A stretch of 64,000 nt of DNA, from NCBI GenBank assembly GCA_039944855.1, contig JBDUXZ010000005.1, forward strand, positions 372,676 through 436,675. The letters are read 5' to 3'. The notes below the pieces were generated by a model that ran no database searches, was not told where the DNA came from, and saw nothing but the letters and a program-made list of their open reading frames with translations. This DNA is from Rhodothermales bacterium (GTDB taxonomy: Bacteria > Bacteroidota > Rhodothermia > Rhodothermales > JANQRZ01). Of the stretch, positions 1-9,294 are shown in pieces (the first letter of the stretch is position 1; every line of letters begins with the position of its first letter). The translations under genes and the position numbers were made by a program.

Positions 1-1
1 C

Positions 2-1747
2 GCGTTCGAGGGCGTGCGGACCGACATCGCCGGGGCGCTCCAGCGCGTCGAGGCCGACCTCGACGGGCTGAACCTGGGCGGCGTCCTCCTCATCTCCGAC
101 GGCCGCTACAACACCGGCCGCAACCCGATCTACCTCGCCGAGCGCTACGACGTGCCGATTTACACCGCCGTCGTCGGCGACACGACGCGGCAGCGGGACG
201 TGCTCGTGGCGCGCGTGGCGACGAACGAGCTCGCGTACGCGGGCGTCGAGCTGCCCGTGCAGGTCGCCGTCCGCGCCGACGGGTTCGAGGGCGAGCGGGC
301 GACGGTGTCGCTCTTCGAGCGCGACCGGCGGCTCGCGACGGAGACCGTCACGCTTCCCGAGGGCGGCGTCGAGGCGACGGTCGACCTCTCATTCACGCCT
401 GAAACGGAAGGGCTGCACCGCTACACCGTCGCCGTGACGCGGTTCGATGGCGAGGTGACGTACGGCAACAACACCGAGTCCGTCGCCGTGCGCGTGCTCT
501 CGAACAAGCGGCGCGTGCTCCTCCTCGCCGCCGCGCCCGGCCCCGACCTCTCGGCGCTGCGGCAGGTGCTGGAGACGGACCCGAACCTCGACCTCGTCCC
601 GTTCACGCAGCGTGGGCCGGGGTCGTTTTACGAAGGCGCCCTCCCCGCCTCGCTCGACGGGTTCGACGCCGTCGTGCTCGCGGGCTTCCCCGGCCGCGCC
701 GCCGACCGCGCCGCCACACAGCGCGTCGTGCAGGCCGCGAACGACGGGCTCCCGCTCCTCTTCGTCCTCACGCAGCAGACCGACTTGCCCGCGCTCCGCG
801 CTGCCTTCGGCGACGTGCTGCCGGCGACACCGGAAGTCGTGCGGACGACGTTCACCGAGGCCGCGCTCGTGCCCACGCCGGCCGGCGCGCTCCACCCCGT
901 CCTCGCCGTGCCGACGGCCCCGCCGAGCACGCTCGACCGGCTCCCGCCCGTCGCCACGAGCGACAGCCGCTGGGTCGCCTCGCCCGACGCCCGCGTGCTC
1001 GCCACGACGCGCGTGCGCGGCATCGCTTTCGACGACCCGCTCCTCCTCGTCCGGCAGCGCGGCCGGAGCCGGTCCGCCGCGCTCCTCGCCGCTGGCACGT
1101 GGCGCTGGCTCAACCTCCCCGCCGACCTCGAATCCGTCGAGGATTTCTACCCCGGCCTCGTCGACAACCTCCTCCGCTGGCTGACGACGCGGGAGGACGA
1201 CCGGCCCGTGCGCGTGCGCCCCGTGCAGCCGCTCTTCGGCGAGGGCGAGGCCGTGCAGTTCACCGGGCAGGTCTACGACGAGAGCCTCACGCCGATTCCC
1301 GATGCGTCAGTGCAGGTCCGCGTGACGGCGTCCGACGGGGATACGTCGCCGTTCACGATGCGGACCGTCGGCGGCGGCCGGTACGTGCTCGACGCCGGGA
1401 CGCTGCCCGAGGGCGACTACACGTTCACCGCGTCGGCCGAGCGCGAGGGCGCGGCGCTGGGCGAGGACCGGGGCGCGTTCGCCGTCGGCGCACTCGCCCT
1501 CGAGTTCCGCGACACGCAGGCCGACGCCGGGCTGATGCGGCAGATCGCCCGCCGCTCCGGCGGCACGGTCATCGATCCGGCCGAGGTCCCCTCGCTCCCG
1601 GCACGGCTGGAGGCCGGCGGCTTCGGGCCGCGCGTCGTCGAGCAGGAGCACGAGACCGAGCTGTGGGAGATCGCGTGGCTGCTTGCCGTCGTCATCACCC
1701 TCCTCGCGGCGGAGTGGGTGCTGCGCAAGCGCTCGGGGATGGTGTAG
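2..1747 (+). CDS. Large membrane-anchored protein, C-terminal part (end of a vWA-like domain, GATase-like and Ig-like segments, C-terminal TM helix). The 5' end is cut by the window edge.
   Basis: The frame is open to position 2. ISDGRYNTGRNP...VVGDT resembles the end of a vWA domain. Hydrophobic C-terminus WEIAWLLAVVITLLAAEWVL. Coding-like composition, unlike the overlapping R/P-rich frames. Confidence 0.6.
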   Translation, partial: AFEGVRTDIAGALQRVEADLDGLNLGGVLLISDGRYNTGRNPIYLAERYDVPIYTAVVGDTTRQRDVLVARVATNELAYAGVELPVQVAVRADGFEGERATVSLFERDRRLATETVTLPEGGVEATVDLSFTPETEGLHRYTVAVTRFDGEVTYGNNTESVAVRVLSNKRRVLLLAAAPGPDLSALRQVLETDPNLDLVPFTQRGPGSFYEGALPASLDGFDAVVLAGFPGRAADRAATQRVVQAANDGLPLLFVLTQQTDLPALRAAFGDVLPATPEVVRTTFTEAALVPTPAGALHPVLAVPTAPPSTLDRLPPVATSDSRWVASPDARVLATTRVRGIAFDDPLLLVRQRGRSRSAALLAAGTWRWLNLPADLESVEDFYPGLVDNLLRWLTTREDDRPVRVRPVQPLFGEGEAVQFTGQVYDESLTPIPDASVQVRVTASDGDTSPFTMRTVGGGRYVLDAGTLPEGDYTFTASAEREGAALGEDRGAFAVGALALEFRDTQADAGLMRQIARRSGGTVIDPAEVPSLPARLEAGGFGPRVVEQEHETELWEIAWLLAVVITLLAAEWVLRKRSGMV

Positions 1748-1750
1748 TTG

Positions 1751-1792
1751 GTCCGTGGTCCGTGGTCCGTGGTCCGTGGTCCGTGGTCCGTG
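1751..1792. repeat. Perfect tandem heptamer GTCCGTG x6
   Basis: Counted directly. 42 nt, starting 4 nt after the upstream stop codon. Confidence 0.95.
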
Positions 1793-1830
1793 AAAATATC
1801 CGTCCTCGATACCTTTCCAAGCTTCCGTCC

Positions 1831-1909
1831 ACACCTCCACACCTCCACACCTCCACACCTCCACACCTCCACACCTCCACACCTCCACACCTCCACACCT
1901 CCACACCTC
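1831..1909. repeat. Perfect tandem octamer ACACCTCC x9 plus a 7-nt partial copy; G-free on the + strand
   Basis: Counted unit by unit. It abuts and overlaps the stop codon (1908-1910, minus strand) of the AI-2E transporter gene. Confidence 0.95.
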
Positions 1910-2966
1910 AGCCCTCGCCGCCGCCCATCACCTCCACGTCGTCGCCGAGCACGTCCTCGACGTAGAGCATCTCGATGGCGATGACGGCGACGACCACGAG
2001 CGGCGTCGCCACGGCCACGCCGACGGCGCCGGCGAGCACGCCGAGGACCACCTGCGAAGCGATGAGCAGGGCCGGCGGCATCGACACGGCGCGCTTCTGG
2101 ATGAGCGGCGTGATGAGGTAGCTCTCGGCGAACTGCACGGCGAGGTAAATCGCCAGCACTGTCACGACCGTCTGCGACCCCTCGCCGAGCGCGACGGCGA
2201 GCGCGGGCACGAGCGCGAGGATCGGCCCGATGTACGGCACGAACGAGAGGAGCGCCGCGAGCAGCCCGAGCGTGAGCGCGAGCGGGATCCCGAAGAGTAG
2301 CAGCCCCACCGCCGTCAGCACGCCCACGACGGTCATCGACGCGATCCGCCCGAGCAGCCAGCGGCGCAGGCCCGACCCGATCGCCGCGATCACTTCCTCG
2401 GCGCGCGGGCGGTGCGGCTTCGGCACGAGCCGCACGACGCCGGAGACGTAGAGCGACGGCTCGACGGCGAGGTAGATCCCGACGAAGAGGATGATGAGCA
2501 CGTTCGCCAGCGCGCCGAAGACGGTCGAGAACGCCGTCGTGACCGCCCCGATCGGAGCGCTCTCCGGCATCGCCTCGCGCGCCGAGTCGGGCATCTGCTC
2601 GGCGACGGCCGTGCCCCAGCCGAACTGCCGCAGCCAGGCCTCCACCGCCGTCATCGTCTCGGGCAGCCGCTCGGCCAGCTCCCCGCCCTGCGCCGCGATC
2701 CGTGGGCCCAGGAACCAGACCGCCGCGGCGATCAGCCCCGTCGCTACGAAGAGCACGAGGGCGACCGACACGCCGCGCGATAGCGGCGTGTGACGGCTGA
2801 GCAGCCGGGCCAGCCCGTCGATCAGCACCGCGAGCAGCACGCCGCCGAACAGGATCAGCAGGACGCCGAAGACGGCGTGCAGCACGTCGTAGAGCACCAC
2901 CGCCAGCGCGCCGATCCCGAGGACGATGAGGGTGCGGCGGAGGAAATCGGACGTAGAAATCGACAT
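1908..2966 (-). CDS. AI-2E family transporter (UPF0118/PerM-like)
   Basis: 352 aa polytopic membrane protein. LSFVPYIGPILALVPALAVAL and the overall TM layout are typical of the AI-2E family. Confidence 0.8.
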   Translation of the reverse strand: MSISTSDFLRRTLIVLGIGALAVVLYDVLHAVFGVLLILFGGVLLAVLIDGLARLLSRHTPLSRGVSVALVLFVATGLIAAAVWFLGPRIAAQGGELAERLPETMTAVEAWLRQFGWGTAVAEQMPDSAREAMPESAPIGAVTTAFSTVFGALANVLIILFVGIYLAVEPSLYVSGVVRLVPKPHRPRAEEVIAAIGSGLRRWLLGRIASMTVVGVLTAVGLLLFGIPLALTLGLLAALLSFVPYIGPILALVPALAVALGEGSQTVVTVLAIYLAVQFAESYLITPLIQKRAVSMPPALLIASQVVLGVLAGAVGVAVATPLVVVAVIAIEMLYVEDVLGDDVEVMGGGEG

Positions 2967-3180
2967 GCAGACGGAGGCCAGCGCCGGGGCGTGAGAGAGG
3001 AGAAGGGATTCCTAAAGTAGCGCACCGGCGCCACATCCGAGCGAACGAAACCTCGCGACAGCGGCGAGCGGGCCGGGATGAAGTTCGCGTCCGATCCCGC
3101 TGCACAGCATGCAGCGCGGGAACTCACCCCCAGCGAACGGGAGTATCGCGTTCCATTCTAACCTGCTGCTCCACCCCGCT

Positions 3181-4002
3181 ATGCCCTCCCATTCCCACGA
3201 CCCGGCCCACCCCGCCTTCGCTCCCACGACGGGCGGCGACGGGGCCTCCGCGCTGACCGACGCGCACCTCCTCCTCGCCCAGCACCAGCGCAAAGTGCAG
3301 GCCCTCGTCGACAACGAGACCGGCGTCCGCTTCGAGTCGCTCGCCCTCTTCGCCGACCCCCTCTTCGAGCTGTACGACCTCGACGCGGCGGCAGCCTTCG
3401 AACTCCACGCGCGGCCCGACGAAGCCGACGAAACGACCGTCGCGGTGATGGAGGCGGCCCGGCTGCTGTGGGCGTACTTCTCGCTCCCCCAGCGGGAGCG
3501 CGCCGCGCGCCACGACGCCCTCGCCGCCTTCCTCCTCGGCCCCGCTGCCACGCCCGAAGACGAGGCCGACCTCGACGCCCTCCTCGACACCGTCGAGTCG
3601 CACTGGGACATGCTCACGCCCGAGGACATCGCGCTCGCCGAAGACATCGACGTCGACACACTCGATTTCGACGTGCTCCTCGCGCACCCGGCGTTCGCGC
3701 AGCCCGTCGCCGAGTTCGCCACGGAGCGGACCTACGGCCCGGATCGCCTCAGCGAGATGGAGGCCCGCGCCCTCTTCGCCCAGCCCCTCCTGGAGCGCGA
3801 GGACGATCCCGATGCCCTCGACGCGGCGATGGAGCGCGCCGACGATTACTGGTCGCTCGCCCAGCTTCGCGGGCTCGAACGGGACGCGTTCCTCGATGAG
3901 ATCGTAAGCGCCAACGCGCTCGACGACGCCGAGGCCGAACAGATCCGCACCGAAGCCCAGCAAATGCTCGACCGCTTCCAGTCGCTCTTCCCGAACTCGT
4001 AG
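3181..4002 (+). CDS. Hypothetical acidic protein (start uncertain; ATG at 3109 also possible)
   Basis: Long ORF with D/E/A/L-rich, non-repetitive translation. No family recognised. Confidence 0.45.
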   Translation: MPSHSHDPAHPAFAPTTGGDGASALTDAHLLLAQHQRKVQALVDNETGVRFESLALFADPLFELYDLDAAAAFELHARPDEADETTVAVMEAARLLWAYFSLPQRERAARHDALAAFLLGPAATPEDEADLDALLDTVESHWDMLTPEDIALAEDIDVDTLDFDVLLAHPAFAQPVAEFATERTYGPDRLSEMEARALFAQPLLEREDDPDALDAAMERADDYWSLAQLRGLERDAFLDEIVSANALDDAEAEQIRTEAQQMLDRFQSLFPNS

Positions 4003-4085
4003 CCCGTCCGGCTCATCCCACGATGGCGAGGGCGCGGCGATGCTGCGCCCTTCGCATATCCCCCGCTCGCTCAGCACCCCGTCCC

Positions 4086-5261
4086 ATGTCCCGCCCCCGC
4101 ATCGAACACCTCGGCATCGCCGTCCGTGACGCCGACGCCATCACCGACCTCTACGAACGCCTCTTCGGCTACCGTCCGTACCAGCGCCAGACCGTCGAGC
4201 GCGAGGGCGTTAGCACCGTGTTCTTCGACGCGGGCGGGGCGAAGCTCGAGCTCCTCGAAGCGACGCGGGACGACTCACCGATCGCAGGGTTCGTCGAGAA
4301 GCGGGGCGAGGGGCTGCACCACGTCGCCTTCGAGGTCCGGGACATCCACGCCGAGATGCAGCGGCTCCGCGACGCCGGCTTCCGCCTGCTGAACGATGAG
4401 CCGAAACGCGGCGCCGACGAGAAGCTGATCTTCTTCGTCCATCCGAAATCGACCGGCGGCGTGCTCGTCGAGTTCTGCCAGCGCGCGCCCGAGCCGCTGG
4501 AGCCGCAGTTCGCGCCGTTCCGCGGCGGGCGGATCGCGTATTTCCTCGGTGGGCCGGAGGACGCGCCGCCACTCATCGTGCTCCACGGCGCGCTCGGCTC
4601 GACGGAATTGGAGACGCGGCGGCTCCTCCCCCACCTCCAGCAACACTTTAAGACGATCGCCCTAGACTTTGCCGCGCATGGTGCGTCGGACGACTTCGCT
4701 GAAGAAGAACTGCTGACGATGGACTTCTTCGCCGAGAGCATCCCCGACGTGCTCGACCACCTCGGTATCGCGCGCGCCCACGTGTTCGGGTTCTCGATGG
4801 GCGGCGCCGTCGCGCTCTACGTCGCCCGCACGCACCCGGAGCGCATCGACCGCCTCGCCGTGCACGGCGTCAATGTGCAGTGGGACGCCGACGAGGTCAC
4901 CGTGATGACCGTCGGGATGGACCCGGAGACGATGGAGGGCGTCGCGCCGCGCTGGGCCGAGCGGCTGAGCGCCACGCACGGCGCCGACCGGTGGCGCGGG
5001 CTGACGCGGCGGATGATCGCCTTCACCGACGCCCTCCCCGACCGTCGCTTCCCGAACGAGGAGCTAGCACAAGTCACCGCGCCGACCCTCATCTCTACGG
5101 GCGACCAGGACCGCTACTTCCGCATCGAGCACGCGCTCAACCTCTGGCAGACGCTGCCCGACGCCCGCCTCGCCGTCCACCCCGGCCTCGACCACCCGAT
5201 CCAGGGCGTCGACCCCGAGCGCTTCGCGGAGCTGATGACGGCCTTTTTGCTGGAGCGGTGA
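4086..5261 (+). CDS. Methylmalonyl-CoA epimerase (VOC/glyoxalase fold) fused to an alpha/beta-hydrolase domain
   Basis: The N-terminal ~135 aa (RIEHLGIAV...GEGLHHVAFEV...HPKSTGGVLVEFCQ) is epimerase-like. The C-terminal part has VLHGALGS and the nucleophile elbow GFSMGG. Start taken at MSRPRIEHLG. Confidence 0.75.
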   Translation: MSRPRIEHLGIAVRDADAITDLYERLFGYRPYQRQTVEREGVSTVFFDAGGAKLELLEATRDDSPIAGFVEKRGEGLHHVAFEVRDIHAEMQRLRDAGFRLLNDEPKRGADEKLIFFVHPKSTGGVLVEFCQRAPEPLEPQFAPFRGGRIAYFLGGPEDAPPLIVLHGALGSTELETRRLLPHLQQHFKTIALDFAAHGASDDFAEEELLTMDFFAESIPDVLDHLGIARAHVFGFSMGGAVALYVARTHPERIDRLAVHGVNVQWDADEVTVMTVGMDPETMEGVAPRWAERLSATHGADRWRGLTRRMIAFTDALPDRRFPNEELAQVTAPTLISTGDQDRYFRIEHALNLWQTLPDARLAVHPGLDHPIQGVDPERFAELMTAFLLER

Positions 5262-5268
5262 CGACGGC

Positions 5269-5296
5269 GTAGAGACGCAGCATGCTGCGTCTCTAC
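5269..5296. repeat. REP-like perfect 28-nt palindrome GTAGAGACGCAGCATGCTGCGTCTCTAC
   Basis: Perfectly self-complementary. Related copies at 5330-5358, 49151-49178 and 49206-49232. Confidence 0.9.
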
Positions 5297-5329
5297 TGTG
5301 ACCCCAGCGGGGGGGCGGTCGGCCCCACG

Positions 5330-5358
5330 GTAGAGATGCCCCGGCGGGACGTCTCTAC
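5330..5358. repeat. REP-like imperfect palindrome with the same GTAGAGA...TCTCTAC stem ends
   Basis: GTAGAGATGCCCCGGCGGGACGTCTCTAC shares its outer stem with the 5269-5296 element. Confidence 0.75.
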
Positions 5359-5461
5359 GGATGGCAGAACGTTCGTCGGAAACGTTCGGAGCGCGCGGCG
5401 GGTACGGCAACGGGGTGTCACCCCCGCTCGCTAGCTTTGCCGTTTTCGCCTGCCTCGCCCG

Positions 5462-7381
5462 ATGAACGACGCGCTCGCCGACAAGCTCGCCCACCTCCCC
5501 ACCTCGCCCGGCGTCTACCAGCACAAAGACGCCGAGGGCACCGTGCTCTACGTCGGCAAGGCGAAGAACCTCCGCAACCGCGTGCGGTCGTACTTCCAGG
5601 AGTCGCGGCCGAAGGACCGGCGGCTGCGCATCCTCGTCTCCAAAGTCGAGGACGTCGAGATCATCGTCACCGACACCGAGGCCGAGGCGCTGATCCTCGA
5701 GAACAACCTCATCAAGCGCCTCAAGCCGCGCTACAACATCCTCCTCAAGGACGACAAGACCTACCCCTACATCTGCATCAAGAACGAGCGCTTCCCGCGC
5801 GTCTTCCCCACGCGCCGCGTCAAGAAAGACGGCTCCAAGTACTTCGGGCCGTACACCGACGTGAAGAACATGAAGCTCGCGCTGAAGACGATCAAGGACC
5901 TCTTCAAGCTTCGAAGCTGCTCGCTCTACCTCTCCGAAGGGAATATCCAGGCCGGCAAGTTCGAACCGTGCCTCGACTACCACATCCAGCGCTGCGCCGC
6001 GCCGTGCGTCGGCTACGAGTCCGAGGCGCACTACAACAGCAAGATCCAGCAGATCGAGAAGCTGCTCAACGGGAAGACGAAGGAGCTCATCGCCCTGCTG
6101 AAAGACGAGATGCAGCGGCTCGCCGCCGAGAAGGAGTACGAGCAGGCCGCCGAGTACCGCGACCGCGCGAGGGCGCTCGAAGTCTACGCGCAGAAGCAGA
6201 AGGTCGTCGCCGAGGACGGGGCCGACCGCGACCTCTTCGCCCTCCACGTGGACCGCGAGGCGGACGTGGCGATCGGCGTGCTCTTCGTGATGCGTGAGGG
6301 GAAGATTCTCGGCCGCCGCCACAAGGTCATCCGGCCCGTCGAAGGCGTCGAGGAAAGCGAGCTGATGCAGCGGCTGCTCGAAGACCACTACACCGAGGCG
6401 ACATTCTTCCCCGACGAAGTGCTGCTGAGCCACGCGCCCGAGACGCCCGCCCCGCTCGAAGCCGTTCTCCGCGAGGGCCGCGGGCGGATCGTCGACCTCC
6501 GCGTGCCCGAGCGCGGTGACAAGGCGAGTCTGCTGCGGATGGTCGAGGCGAACGCGAAGCTGCTCGTCGGCGAGTGGAAGCTGCAGAAGGCGAAGGCCGA
6601 CGAGGACTACATCCCGAAGTCCGTGAAGTCACTCCAGCGCGACCTGAGGCTGAAGCACCCGCCGCGCCGGATCGAGTGCTTCGACATCTCGCACCTCGGC
6701 GGGACCGGCACCGTCGCGTCGTGCGTCGTGTTCGAGGACGGCAAGCCGAAAAAGTCGGAGTACCGGACGTTCAAGATCCGCACCGTCGAGAGCGGCAAGC
6801 CGGACGACTTCCAGTCGATGCGCGAAGTCCTCCATCGGCGCTACCGGCGGACGCTCGAAGAGAACGGCCCGTGGCCCGACCTCGTCGTGATCGACGGCGG
6901 GAAGGGGCAGCTCTCGTCGGCCGTCGAGTCGCTGCGGGGCGTGGACGTGTACGGCAAGTTTCCCGTCGTCGGCCTCGCGAAGCGGCTCGAAGAGGTGTTC
7001 TTCCCCGGCGACAGCCAGAGCGTGATGATCCCCCGCACGTCGTCGGCGCTGCGGCTGTTGCAGCGCGTCCGCGACGAGGCGCACCGCTTTGCCATCACGG
7101 CGCAGCGCAAGCAACGCACGAAGACGACCCTCCATTCCGAGCTGATGGACATCCCCGGCGTCGGCGCGAAGACCGTCAAGAAGCTGCTGACGACGCTCGG
7201 CTCCGTCAAGCGCATCGAAGCCGCGACCGAAGAGACCCTCGCCGAGGTCGTCGGTCCGAGCCTCGCGAGCAAGGTCCACGGCTACTTCCGCACGCAGGAG
7301 GGCAAGGCCACGCCCGACGCGCCCGCCGTCGAGTCCGAGGAGGTCCCGGCCGGCCCGCCGCCCTCGGGCGACGTGCCGTAA
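5462..7381 (+). CDS. uvrC: Excinuclease ABC subunit C
   Basis: GIY-YIG N-terminus (GVYQHKD..LYVGKAKNLRNRV), UVR domain, RNase-H-like and C-terminal HhH regions. 639 aa. Confidence 0.95.
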   Translation: MNDALADKLAHLPTSPGVYQHKDAEGTVLYVGKAKNLRNRVRSYFQESRPKDRRLRILVSKVEDVEIIVTDTEAEALILENNLIKRLKPRYNILLKDDKTYPYICIKNERFPRVFPTRRVKKDGSKYFGPYTDVKNMKLALKTIKDLFKLRSCSLYLSEGNIQAGKFEPCLDYHIQRCAAPCVGYESEAHYNSKIQQIEKLLNGKTKELIALLKDEMQRLAAEKEYEQAAEYRDRARALEVYAQKQKVVAEDGADRDLFALHVDREADVAIGVLFVMREGKILGRRHKVIRPVEGVEESELMQRLLEDHYTEATFFPDEVLLSHAPETPAPLEAVLREGRGRIVDLRVPERGDKASLLRMVEANAKLLVGEWKLQKAKADEDYIPKSVKSLQRDLRLKHPPRRIECFDISHLGGTGTVASCVVFEDGKPKKSEYRTFKIRTVESGKPDDFQSMREVLHRRYRRTLEENGPWPDLVVIDGGKGQLSSAVESLRGVDVYGKFPVVGLAKRLEEVFFPGDSQSVMIPRTSSALRLLQRVRDEAHRFAITAQRKQRTKTTLHSELMDIPGVGAKTVKKLLTTLGSVKRIEAATEETLAEVVGPSLASKVHGYFRTQEGKATPDAPAVESEEVPAGPPPSGDVP

Positions 7382-7394
7382 CCAACCCCCTGCC

Positions 7395-8087
7395 TTATTT
7401 CTCGGGGAAGACGATCACGCGGAGGTCGTAGGCGCCCACTTGTCCGGGGCCGACCGTCGTCACATCCACGGTCCAGTTTCCAGAGGCGCCGACGAGGTTC
7501 TCGACGCGCGAGAGCGTCGTGGAACCGGCGTCGTCGTTGCGCCACTGCTGGCCGCTCGGCGCGCTCACCCGGAGGAACCCGTCGAAGCCGTAGCTGACGA
7601 GCTCAACGGCGAAGGTGCCGCGCGCGGGCGCATCGATGGGGAGGGTATCGTAGTACTCGCCCTTGATCGTCTGCCGATCACTCGGGTCGAGGCGGCCGGA
7701 GACGGTCGTCACCTCGGCGATGCCGCCGGGCGTGATGACGAGGGTGTACGGCCCGCGCTGCTCGCTGTTGTACGCCGAGGCCCACACGTTCCACGTCCCC
7801 GGCTCGCTCGCGATGATCGAGACCTGCGAGATGTTCGAGCCCTCGAAGTCGTCGTTATTCCACTCCGTGCCCGAGGGCGAGCGGACGATGAGGTAGCTGT
7901 CGAGGTTCGGGTCGCCTTCCATGCGGACGGTCACCTGCTGCCCGTTCTTCGCCTCGAAGCTGTAGGCGTCGTAGAGCTCGCCGAAGTCGCGCGTGGCGTC
8001 ACCGGGTTCGAGGGTGCCGGAATAGGTCTGTGCGGCGAGGGGGGCGGCGAAACCGGTGAGCAAGCCGAGGAGAATGAGCGCTTTCAT
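7395..8087 (-). CDS. Secreted protein with two pre-peptidase C-terminal (PPC)-like domains
   Basis: Signal peptide MKALILLGLLTGFAAPLAAQ. Two similar ~100-aa modules (GTLEPGD...YSFEA..DSYLIV; GRLDPSD...). Confidence 0.65.
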   Translation of the reverse strand: MKALILLGLLTGFAAPLAAQTYSGTLEPGDATRDFGELYDAYSFEAKNGQQVTVRMEGDPNLDSYLIVRSPSGTEWNNDDFEGSNISQVSIIASEPGTWNVWASAYNSEQRGPYTLVITPGGIAEVTTVSGRLDPSDRQTIKGEYYDTLPIDAPARGTFAVELVSYGFDGFLRVSAPSGQQWRNDDAGSTTLSRVENLVGASGNWTVDVTTVGPGQVGAYDLRVIVFPEK

Positions 8088-8208
8088 GGGTCGAGGTTGA
8101 GGGTGAGGCGGGAAGATACGGCGGCGGCATAATTCGGCGGCGGCTTGCGCGCATCGTGCGATCCTCCGTACCTACCCCTCGCTTTCCTCTCTTCCCGCCT
8201 CTCTGCCG

Positions 8209-9243
8209 ATGCTCAATTACATCTGGGCCGGGCTGATCGTCTTCAGCCTCGTCTTCGCCCTCTTCTACGACGTCCGCGACCTCACCCGCGACACCTTCCG
8301 CAACGACGCCGACCTCCCCGTCGCGCTCGTTTTCCCCGAGGGCTACGACCCCGGCGCCCGCCGCACCCCCATCGCCGTCCGCGTCGATCCGACGGCGTAC
8401 GGCGCGTTTTATGACACCGACGCCCGGCCGGACTCCGCCTACGACGCCATGCTGATCCGCACGCGTGAAGGCCTGCAAGTCCGCTTCGCCGAGGGGTCGA
8501 ACCTGCCCGAGCCGCTCGCTACGATCCGCGACTTCACGAACTCGCGCGACGAGCAGCTGCAGGGCACGCTCGTCGGCGCGCTCCCAGCCGCGCCGGGCGT
8601 CGCGGCCGTCCCCGTCGCGCTCGACTTCCCCCGCGTCCGCTTCGTGAAGATGAACGCGATCGCCGGGGCCGCGCTCGACTTCGCCGAGACGGCGGCGAGC
8701 ATCGCGCTGAGCCTCATCGGCGTGCTCGCGCTCTTCCTCGGCCTGCTGCAGATTGCCGAGGACTCGGGCATCATCTATTCGCTCGTCAAGCTCGTCCGGC
8801 CCGTCCTCCGCCCGCTCTTCCCCGACATCCCCGCCGACCACCCCGCCTTCGGGATGATCGCGCTCAACATGGCGGCGAACGTGTTCGGGCTCGGGAATGC
8901 CGCCACGCCGTTCGGGATCAAAGCGATGGAGGAATTGCAGGAGCTCAACCCCACCGAGGACACGGCGACGGACTCGATGGTGATGCTCCTCGCCATCAAC
9001 ACGGCGAGCGTGCAGCTCGTCCCGCCCGTCCTCCTCCTCGCCCTCATGGGGCTCCAGATCAACCAGCTCATCTTCGCGATCTGGATCACGACGGGCGTCT
9101 CGCTCGCCGTCGCCATCATCGCCGCCAAGCTGTTCGCCCGCCTGCCGAAGTCGCGGGCCTCGAACCCACACCGGCTCGCCGCAGCCGGGGACCCGATGCA
9201 CCGAGAAGACGATGCGCCGCCGGAGCCACCCCCCACTTCCTGA
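8209..9243 (+). CDS. Nucleoside-recognition-domain membrane protein, SpmA-like, with a ~125-aa insertion after TM1
   Basis: MLNYIWAGLIVFSL... and LRPLFPDIPADHPAFGMIALNMAANVFGLGNAATPFGIKAM match the SpmA pattern. Confidence 0.75.
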   Translation: MLNYIWAGLIVFSLVFALFYDVRDLTRDTFRNDADLPVALVFPEGYDPGARRTPIAVRVDPTAYGAFYDTDARPDSAYDAMLIRTREGLQVRFAEGSNLPEPLATIRDFTNSRDEQLQGTLVGALPAAPGVAAVPVALDFPRVRFVKMNAIAGAALDFAETAASIALSLIGVLALFLGLLQIAEDSGIIYSLVKLVRPVLRPLFPDIPADHPAFGMIALNMAANVFGLGNAATPFGIKAMEELQELNPTEDTATDSMVMLLAINTASVQLVPPVLLLALMGLQINQLIFAIWITTGVSLAVAIIAAKLFARLPKSRASNPHRLAAAGDPMHREDDAPPEPPPTS

Positions 9244-9294
9244 CGCGCCTCCTCTTCGTCTCTTCGATTTCCCGCCTCTTCGACTCCCGATCCG

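Noticed and set aside
1751-1909. Possible CRISPR array
   Set aside because: The units are 7 and 8 nt and directly abut each other with no spacers. These are simple tandem repeats.
3012-4077. ORFs antisense to the acidic hypothetical protein (3012-3722 and 3124-4077)
   Set aside because: Their S/A/R-rich or G/E/R/V-rich translations are typical of antisense frames. The sense frame has the more protein-like composition, although its own function is unknown.
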